Positions 55,274 through 64,000 of a stretch of 64,000 nt of DNA are shown piece by piece. The stretch is taken from assembly GCA_964016885.1 (NCBI GenBank), contig OZ024766.1, forward strand, positions 19,778,001 through 19,842,000, given 5' to 3'. The stretch comes from Eledone cirrhosa (lineage: Eukaryota). Numbering within the stretch: the stretch's first letter is position 1; each line of letters starts with the position of its first letter. A program made the translations under genes and the position numbers. The notes under the pieces are model-generated. The model was given only the letters and a program-made list of their open reading frames with translations, did no database searches and was not told the origin of the DNA.

Positions 55274-56271
55274 AAGGAGAAGAACTAAGATATAATTAAG
55301 GGACATGTCTGTATATCTGCTGTTTATTTTCAAAACATAATTACATGATTAAATTAATTTCCCTTTTCTGGTCCCCTTTTGATTTCCTTCTTCCTTCTTG
55401 TGCTGGGTTTCCAATGGTTGGGGCCTCAAACCAACACCCTCCAATTGCTACCCTAGCCCTTTTTTTCTCCCCGCCGCCCAAGCAGTATCTCCAATGTTTG
55501 TGCCCTTAGCAAACCCATGCTTTCTTCATACAACCCCGGGTCGTCTCTGGTCACGAGCTACTTCCAAAGGGTTTATCAGTGTCCCCGCTGTTTTGAGCAG
55601 CGAAGCCAGTCGCCTCGCTCCTGCTGTCTCTCCTTTCCACGGGACCACACCAAAGATTGGACTGGTCCGCCACTGGCTGACCCCCACCATGGGCCCCTCT
55701 CCACGGCTGTGAGCTCCCACTGCTGCTGGCGCCACAAAACACGCACCCACATTCAACTACCACCACCACCACCGCTACTGCTACAGCTACTGCTGCCACA
55801 CCTACGAGTGTCGGACACCATGCTTTGCGGCACGGAGCTGCGCCCCTTTGCGTTCTGAGTTTCAAACCCCGCCGCCGAGGTTAGCTTTGCCTTTCATCCT
55901 TGACAAGGGTCGATAAAATAAAGTACCAGTAATACACTGGGGGTCGATTTAATCGACTTTTTCCCCCTCCCTCCCTCCCCCCAAATTGCTGGCCCTGTGC
56001 CTGCATAAGAAACAATTATTATGATAAAGTATCAGTGATTTACTGGGGTCGGTTCATTCGACTTACCTCTCCCCCCTTCAAAAAAAAAAAAAAAAATATA
56101 TTACAGGTCTTGTGCTTAAATCTAAGTAAGACCCTTATTATTATTTTTAAGAAATCCTTATTTTTTTTTTTTCATTTTCTTTTGCCTTTGTCTGTGTGCC
56201 CTTTAAGGAAGTTTTTGGGTTGGGTCTGAAAAGGTCATGTTGCTTCAATATATTTTAATAAACAGTCCAAG

Positions 56272-56922
56272 ATGGTGAGAGAAGGGAAAGAATCAGCGCT
56301 GTCCTCCTCCTTGCCAGGGAACCCCACCTACACCAAATGGATTTTGGGGGCAATCCGTAAGATTAAACAGCAGAAACAGCGACCGAGTGTGGACAGGATA
56401 TGCAATGCTGTTCGACAAACGCACAAGGTCGGGCGCGATGTGATAGAGCAGCAGCTGGAGCTGTGCGTGAAGGAGGGCAGCATCTTAAAGGTCTACAACA
56501 AGGGCTTGTGCTCGTACAAGGACCCCGAGCGCGTGGCCCAGCTGAAAAGCCGCACGCTGAAGATCGGCAGGGGCACGGACCTGGTGAAGCTGGTGGCCCG
56601 CTCCGTGAAGGAGCTCGGCGAGATTGGGGGCTCGAGCCTGCATAACGTGGAGAAGTACATATGTCGCAGCTACAATGTGGAGCTGTGCGACGGGGTCAAC
56701 CTCAACCAGCAGCTGCGCCTCTGGCTGAAGAAGGGCGTGAGGGCCGGGCAGCTGGTGCAGGACGGCCGGCTCGTGAAGGTCGGCTACAACAGCGCCAGCG
56801 TTGAGTCGGACTCGCTGGAAGGCAGCAGTGAGGCCGGCAGCGTAGCCCCTGCCCACATTGAGGATGAGATGGCGAGCAGAAGTGAAACACCACCGGCGCT
56901 CCCCACGAGAGGGGCGTGTAAG
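56272..56922 (+). CDS. KAT6: KAT6A/B (MOZ/MORF/enok) histone acetyltransferase, first coding exon: SAMD1-like winged helix WH1 + H15/WH2 domain (217 codons)
   Basis: NPTYTKWILGAIRKIKQQKQRPSVDRIC...EGSILKVYNKGLCSYKDP closely matches the KAT6A N-terminus as I recall it ([28 protein letters not shown]). Acceptor aaacag ends at 56265; donor AAG|gtaagg at 56922/56923, phase 0. Confidence 0.95.
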
Positions 56923-57013
56923 GTAAGGCCACTCTTTTTCTTCTGAAGTACTCTACGGGGTTCCTCTTTGTCTGCTCTCTCTCTCTCTCTCTCTTTTCTC
57001 CTTCATCTCTCTC

Positions 57014-57059
<46 letters not shown>

Positions 57060-57282
57060 TCTTTCTGTTTCTCTCTTTCTCTCTCTCTCCCCTTCATCTC
57101 TCTCTCTTTTTCTTTCTCTCTCTCCATCTCTCTCTCTCTCTCTCCTTCATCTCTTTCTGTGTTTCTCTCTCTCTCTCTCTCTCTCCTTCATCTCTTTCTG
57201 TGTTTCTCTCTCTCTCTCTCTCTCCTTCATCTCTTTCTGTGTTTCTCTCTCTCTCTCTCTCTCCTTCATCTCTTTCTCTGTT

Positions 57283-57316
<34 letters not shown>

Positions 57317-57542
57317 CTTCATCTCTTTCTCTCTTTCTCTCTCTCTCCCCTTTATCTGTCTCTCTTTTTCTTTCTCTCTCTCTCTCTCTCTATCTCTTTC
57401 CTTCTTTCTATCTCTTTCTTTCTCTCTTTTCTCCTTCATCTGTCTCTGTGTCTCTCTCTTTCTCTCTTTATCTCTCTCCTTCATCTCTTTCTGTGTTTCT
57501 CTCTTTTTCTCTCTCCTTCATCTCTTTCTGTGTTTCTCTCTT

Positions 57543-57624
<82 letters not shown>

Positions 57625-57726
57625 CGCTTCATCTCTCTCTCCGCTTCATCTCTCTCTCTCTCCGCTTCATCTCTCTCTCTTTTTCTTTCTCTCTTTTTCT
57701 CTCTCTCTCCTTCTTTATCTCTCTCT

Positions 57727-57773
<47 letters not shown>

Positions 57774-57974
57774 CATCTCTTTCTCCCTATCTCGCTATCT
57801 CTGTCTCTCTCCATCTCTTTGTCTCTCACCTCATCTCTCTCTCTAGTGTATATATGAGATGGAGAGATCAGGTGAGGCAGTGGGAGCTTGGTTCCTTTGT
57901 GTTCGGACCTGGTGTATATATGTATGACGGACACACCATACACAGGGTTCTAGACAATTTTAACTACATTAACC

Positions 57975-58820
57975 CTTTAGCATTTACATTACTCTATATA
58001 TACTATTGTATTGTCACAGTAAAGGCTTTACCTCACATAATATCTCACATAGCATTTACATTACTCTATATATACTATTGTATTGTCACAGTAAAGGCTT
58101 TACCTCACATAATATCTCACATAACATTTACATTACTCTATATATACTATTGTATTGTCACAGTAAAGGCTTTACCTCACATAATATCTCACATAACATT
58201 TACATTACTCTATATATACTATTGTATTGTCACAGTAAAGGCTTTACCTCACATAATATCTCACATAACATTTACATTACTCTATATATACTATTGTATT
58301 GTCACAGTAAAGGCTTTACCTCGCATAACATTTACATTACTCGATATATACTATTGTATTGTCACAGTAAAGGCTTTACCTCACATAATACCTCACATAA
58401 CATCTACATTACTCTATATATACTATTGTATTGTCACAGTAAAGGCTTTACCTCACATAATACCTCACATAACATCTACATTACTCTATATATACTATTG
58501 TATTGTCACAGTAAAGGCTTTACCTCACATACTATCTCACATAACATTTACATTACTCTATATATACTATTGTATTGTCACAGTAAAGGCTTTACCTCAC
58601 ATAATACCTCACATAACATTACGTTACTCTATATATACTATTGTATTGTCACAGTAAAGGCTTTACCTCACATAATATCTCACATAACATTTACATTACT
58701 CTATATATACTATTGTATTGTCACAGTAAAGGCTTTACCTCACATAATATCTCACATAACATTACATTACTCTATATATACTATTGTATTGTCACAGTAA
58801 AGGCTTTACCTCACATAATT
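57975..58820. repeat. 72-bp minisatellite (~12x) in a KAT6 intron, preceded by a (CT)n tract at 56968-57845
   Basis: Unit catttacattactctatatatactattgtattgtcacagtaaaggctttacctcacataatatctcacataa. Confidence 0.93.
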
Positions 58821-59062
58821 ATCCTACATAATATCGAATCTATGAGATTTTGATATTATTTATTTTGAGAACAGTACCTTAACATCAGTATGAGTGGCCG
58901 GTTACAGCTGGCATGAATAGAGATATGCGAGAGAATTCTGGCCGGATATGGACAATTTAAATGCTAAAGGGTTAGCCCTTTTTATACTAAACTGCCTGAA
59001 ACTGTTCTTGCTTTTACAATACAAAACTGTTTGTTGAGGGATTGATATCTTTATATTTCCAG

Positions 59063-59171
59063 AAGAGAGCCTTACCTATACCTCTTTGTAGCTTTTGTCT
59101 GGGCACTGCAGATCAAAACAGGGACCGGATACCTGAAGAGTTAATCTCGTGTGCTGATTGTGGCAATAGTG
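59063..59171 (+). CDS. KAT6: KAT6 coding exon 2, start of PHD1
   Basis: tttccag|AAG...AGT G|gtaagt; 109 nt; [37 protein letters not shown]; phase 0 in, phase 1 out. Confidence 0.95.
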
Positions 59172-59203
59172 GTAAGTTCCAGAGTTTTTTTTATATTATC
59201 TAT

Positions 59204-59890
59204 TGGCTCTCAAACTGTGTTTACCCCACCTGGGCTCTCAAACTGTGTTTTACCCCACCTGGGCTCTCAAACTGTGGTCCCCCACCTGGGCTCTCAAACT
59301 GTGTTTACCCCACCTGGGCTCTCAAACTGTGGTTCCCCCACCTGGGCTCTCAAACTGTGTTTACCCCACCTGGGCTCTCAAACTGTGTTTACCCCACCTG
59401 GGCTCTCAAACTGTGTTTACCCCACCTGGGCTCTCAAACTGTGGTACCCCCACCTGGGCTCTCAAACTGTGTTTACCCCACCTGGGCTCTCAAACTGTGT
59501 TTACCCCACCTGGGCTCTCAAACTGTGTTTACCCCACCTGGGCTCTCAAACTGTGGTTCCCCCACCTGGGCTCTCAAACTGTGTTTACCCCACCTGGGCT
59601 CTCAAACTGTGTTTACCCCACCTGGGCTCTCAAACTGTGTTTACCCCACCTGGGCTCTCAAACTGTGGTACCCCCACCTGGGCTCTCAAACTGTGTTTAC
59701 CCCACCTGGGCTCTCAAACTGTGTTTACCCCACCTGGGCTCTCAAACTGTGTTTACCCCACCTGGGCTCTCAAACTGTGTTTACCCCACCTGGGCTCTCA
59801 AACTGTGTTTACCCCACCTGGGCTCTCAAACTGTGTTTACCCCACCTGGGCTCTCAAACTGTGTTTACCCCACCTGGGCTCCCAAACTGT
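59204..59890. repeat. 28-bp minisatellite (~24x) in a KAT6 intron
   Basis: Unit ggctctcaaactgtgtttaccccacctg. Confidence 0.95.
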
Positions 59891-60079
59891 GGTCACACTG
59901 GATGGCGGTTGGAGCTCCGAAAACATGGTTCCGTTATAAGACAGGTTTGGCAGGGCCAACCGGCCTGTCCCCCCTCAAAACGGAGCCATCCAGTCCCCAC
60001 ACTGTAACCATGGTTGGTGTTTAGGAAGGGCATCCAGCAGTAAAATCATCATCACCACCATCATCATTATTTAATGTCT

Positions 60080-60670
60080 GCGGTGGATTGGCAGTATCGG
60101 TAGAGGGTCGGACGCCATGCTTTGACGTGTAGAGTTACGGCCCTTGCCATTCTGAGTTCAAATCCCGCCGAGGTTAACTTTGCCTTTCATCCTCACGGGG
60201 TCGATAAAATAAAGTACCAGTAATACACTGGAGTGATTGCTGGCCTTGTGCCCCCAAAAGTAGAAACAGCTGTTACGGGGTGGATAAAATAAAGTACCAG
60301 TAATACACTGGGGCGATTGCTGGCCTTGCGCCCCCAAAAGTAGAAACAGCTGTTACGGGGTCGATAAAATAAAGTACCAGTAATACACTGGGGTGATTGC
60401 TGGCCTTGTGCCCCCAAAAGTAGAAACAGCTATTACGGGGTGGATAAAATAAAGTACCAGTAATACACTGGGGTAATTGCTGGCCTTGCGCCCCCAAAAG
60501 TAGAAACAGCTGTTACGGGGTCGATAAAATAAAGTACCAGTAATACACTGGGGCGATTGCTGGCCTTGTGCCCCCAAAAGAAGAAACAGCTATTACGGGG
60601 TCGATAAAATAAAGTACCAGTAATACACTGGTGTAATTGCTGGCCTTGTGCCCCCCAAAATAGAAACAAT
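60080..60670 (+). mobile_element. Second SINE family (gcctttcatcc...ggggtcgataaaataaagtaccagt core) with an 80-bp 3' unit repeated ~6x; unamplified copies at 50573-50762 and 55805-56020
   Basis: B box gagttcaaatcc; period 80. Confidence 0.85.
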
Positions 60671-60689
60671 TATTTAACGTCTGCGTGGC

Positions 60690-61535
60690 TGATGTTCAGG
60701 TGCAATAGGTAGCAAGTGCCCACAGGATACTAGCTCCTTCTATTGCCCAGATGGTTCCATAGAAATAGTAGACACTTTCCGTTACCTGGGTGACGAAATC
60801 AGCAGTGGTGGAGGGTGTTCTGAAAGTACAGAAGCCAGAGTCAGAACAGGATGGAAAAAGTTCAGAGAGCTTATACTGCTGTTGGCCGCTAAAGGTTTCT
60901 CTCTAAAAATGAAAGGTAGACTGTATGATGTCTGTATACGAACAGCAATGCTACATGGCAGTGAAACCTGGGCATTACGCTCATAGCTGAATCAATGGCT
61001 GAACTAGAGAAGAAATTCCAAACATGGAAGCATGGCCTTGAATCAAAAGGCCTTAAAGTTAACTTGTCTAAGACTAAAGTTCTAGTATGTAGGAAGGAAA
61101 ATAGGGCACAGGTGCCCTCTGGGAAATGGCCATGTTCAGTGTGTAGGAAAGGAGTAGGCAGAAATTCAATTTTATGTCCCAAATGCCAAGTATGGGTACA
61201 TAAAAGATGTAGTGGGATCACAGGTAAACTATCTAAGAACGTAGACTTTATATGTGGCCGATGCTCAGGTGCAATAAGTAGCAAGTGCCCACAGAATACT
61301 AGCTCTGAAAGTGTTCTGAAAGTACTGAAGCCAGAGTCAGAACGGGATGGAAAAAGTTCAGAGAGCTTATACTGCTGTTGGCCGCTAAAGGTTTCTCTCT
61401 AAAAATGAAAGGTAGACTGTATGATGTCTGTATACGAACAGCAATGCTACATGGCAGTGGGACTTGGGCATTGTGTGCAGAGGACCTGCGCAGACTGGAA
61501 AGGACCAAAGCATGCATGCTCCGTTGGATGTGTAA
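60690..61535 (+). mobile_element. Rearranged RTE LINE fragments in a KAT6 intron
   Basis: LESKGLKVNLSKTKVL..WPCSVCRKGVGRNSILC..WVHKRCSGI; KGRLYDVCIRTAMLHGSETW present twice. Confidence 0.85.
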
Positions 61536-61748
61536 TGGTCGTCATTGTTGGGTGGAGTGGTTAGGGGGGGTTAGTGACACTGTTGTAAGGTTGTGAGTTC
61601 AATTCCCTGTAGTATGGTGATGGTGGCGTTGGTTGTGATGATGATGGTGGTGGTGGTGATGATGGAGATGGTGGTGGTGATGGGGATGGTGGTGGTGGTG
61701 GTGGTATGTGTGCCAATGATGGCTAATCTCTCTTCTCTTCTCTTACAG

Positions 61749-61861
61749 GTCATCCTTCATGTTTGAAGTTTTCCACAGATTTGACTCTCAAAGTGAAGTT
61801 ACTGCGATGGCAGTGTATAGAGTGTAAAATGTGCTCTTTTTGTGGCAAATCTGGGAAGGAG
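61749..61861 (+). CDS. KAT6: KAT6 coding exon 3, end of PHD1 and start of PHD2
   Basis: cttacag|GT CAT CCT...GAG|gtaggt; 113 nt; (G)[37 protein letters not shown]; phase 1 in, phase 0 out. Confidence 0.95.
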
Positions 61862-61867
61862 GTAGGT

Positions 61868-62505
61868 CCCCACAGCCCTTTTTTTCTATCAGCCCCCACA
61901 GCCCTTTTTTTTATCAGCCCCCACCAACTGTTTTTCTATATTGGACCTCTTCAGCCCTTTTTTTTCTATCAGACCCATACAGCCCTTTTTTTTCTATCAG
62001 ACCCATACAGCCCTTTTTTCTATCAGACCCATACAGCCCTTTTTTTCTATCAGACCCATACAGCCCTTTTTTTTCTATCAGACCCATACAGCCCTTTTTT
62101 TTCTATCAGACCCATACAGCCCTTTTTTTTTCTATCAGACCCATACAGCCCTTTTTTTTCTATCACTCATACAGCCCTTTTTTTCTATCAGGCCCATACA
62201 GCCCTTTTTTTTTCTATCAGACGCATACAGTCCTTTTTTTCTATCAGGCCCATACAGCCCATTTTTTTCTATCACTCATACAGCCCTGTTTTTCTATCAG
62301 ACCCAGACAACCCTTTTTTTTCTATCAGGCCCATAGTCTTTTTTTTTCTACCAGACCCATACAGCCCTGTAAGATGTGCTCCTTTATCTATGACCCTTAC
62401 AGCCCTTTTTTCTATCAGACCCCTACAGCCCCCAGATGGCAGTGTATAGAGTGTAAGATGTGCTCCTTTTTCTATCAGACCCTTACAGCCCTTTTTTCTA
62501 TCAGC
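61868..62505. repeat. ~27-bp T-run minisatellite in a KAT6 intron
   Basis: Unit ctatcagacccatacagccc(t)n. Confidence 0.9.
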
Positions 62506-62545
62506 TCCAACAAAAGGAGCACATCTTACACTCTATACACTGCCA

Positions 62546-63446
62546 AATTTACAGTGTGAACTGGGAGCCTTTTTACTGTGTCTCCTACATGACCACTTTA
62601 CAGTGTGGACTGGGAGCCTTTTTACTGTGTCTCCTACATGACCACCTTACAGTGTGAACTGGGAGCCTTTTTATTGTGTCTCCTACATGACCACTTTACA
62701 GTGTGGACTGGGAGCCTTTTTACTGTGTCTCCTACATGACCACTTTACAGTGTGGACTGGGAGCCTTTTTACTGTGTCTCCTACATGATCACCTTACAGT
62801 GTGGACTGGGAGCCTTTTTACTGTGTCCCCTACATGACCACCTTACAGTGAGGACTGGGAGCCTTTTTACTATGTCTCCTACATGACCACTTTACAGTGT
62901 GGACTGGGAGCCTTTTTACTGTGTCTCCTACATGACCACTTTACAGTGTGGACTGGGAGCCTTTTTACTGTGTCTCCTACATGACCACTTTACAGTGTGG
63001 ACTGGGAGCCTTTTTACTGTGTCCCCTACATGACCACCTTACAGTGAGGACTGGGAGCCTTTTTACTGTGTCTCCTACATGACCACTTTACAGTGTGGAC
63101 TGGGAGCCTTTTTACTGTGTCTCCTACATGACCACTTTACAGTGTGGACTGGGAGCCTTTTTACTGTGTCTCCTACATGACCACTTTACAGTGTGGACTG
63201 GGAGCCTTTTTACTGTGTCTCCTACATGACCACTTTACAGTGTGGACTGGGAGCCTTTTTACTGTGTCTCCTACATGACCACTTTACAGTGTGGACTGGG
63301 AGCCTTTTTACTGTGTCTCCTACATGACCACTTTACAGTGTGGACTGGGAGCCTTTTTACTGTGTCTCCTACATGACCACTTTACAGTGTGGACTGGGAG
63401 CCTTTATACTGTGTCTCCTACATGACCACTTTACAGTGTGGACTGT
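62546..63446. repeat. 49-bp minisatellite (~18x), SINE-unit variant, in a KAT6 intron
   Basis: Unit tttacagtgtggactgggagcctttttactgtgtctcctacatgaccac. Confidence 0.93.
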
Positions 63447-63670
63447 TGTGTCATCGAGACAGTGGATGGAATGGGAGAGGAAGTATGGGGTAGGGTTGAC
63501 ACATGTAAAGTTTGAAAAAAATCGGTTGGGTACTTCTCGAGTTTTAGGGATTCAAACTCTCACACACACACGCGCGCGCACGCACACAGACATCATCAGT
63601 TATATATATATAGATGTATGTATACACACACACACAGTTTGTTGATCTATCTCTGTTTCTATTTCTACAG

Positions 63671-63749
63671 GATATGTTATTCTGTGATTCATGTGACCGG
63701 GGTTTCCACATGGAATGCTGTGAACCTCCCCTTTACAGGGCACCAAAAG
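63671..63749 (+). CDS. KAT6: KAT6 coding exon 4, PHD2; gene continues beyond the window
   Basis: ttctacag|GAT ATG...AAA G|gtaatt; 79 nt; [26 protein letters not shown](G), the DPF/PHD2 signature. Not listed in the ORF track. Confidence 0.93.
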
Positions 63750-63858
63750 GTAATTGACCCCCTTTTTTTTTTTTTGTATCCCATATGAACCCCTAGAAAC
63801 AAATACAGTTGTTCCTCTGGTATTTGCAGGGCTTGGGTTCCTAGCACACCCGCGAAGA

Positions 63859-63928
<70 letters not shown>

Positions 63929-64000
63929 GTATATATATCATCATCATCATCATCACCGTTTTACGTCCGTTCTTCCACGCTAGCATGGGTTAGACAGGTT

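Overview
Eukaryotic, very repeat-rich animal DNA. The SINE families, RTE/CR1 LINE remnants and extensive (TA)n tracts point to an octopod cephalopod (inference). Two + strand protein-coding genes are supported by phase-consistent splice sites. (1) The first four coding exons of a KAT6A/KAT6B (MOZ/MORF/enok) histone acetyltransferase at 56272-63749, covering WH1, H15 and the double PHD finger; the gene continues past the window end. (2) An unrecognised two-coding-exon, 337-aa Pro/Gln/His-rich protein with a PPxY motif and one C-terminal transmembrane helix (20954-21820 + 26402-26548). Nearly all other ORFs in the track are microsatellite artefacts. The most notable hidden signal is more than a dozen type I hammerhead ribozyme motifs in several families, on both strands, mostly beside (TA)n tracts. 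One family keeps a 3 bp + C-C mismatch stem II base and a palindromic stem III despite heavy sequence change. In another family the core appears to have been overwritten into a perfect 49-bp palindrome. Also seen: repeated microhomology-bounded tandem amplification of TE fragments, minisatellites starting just after splice donors, and an intronic inverted copy of a KAT6 PHD exon segment (candidate A-to-I editing complementary sequence). All calls were made by eye; no searches or folding programs were run.
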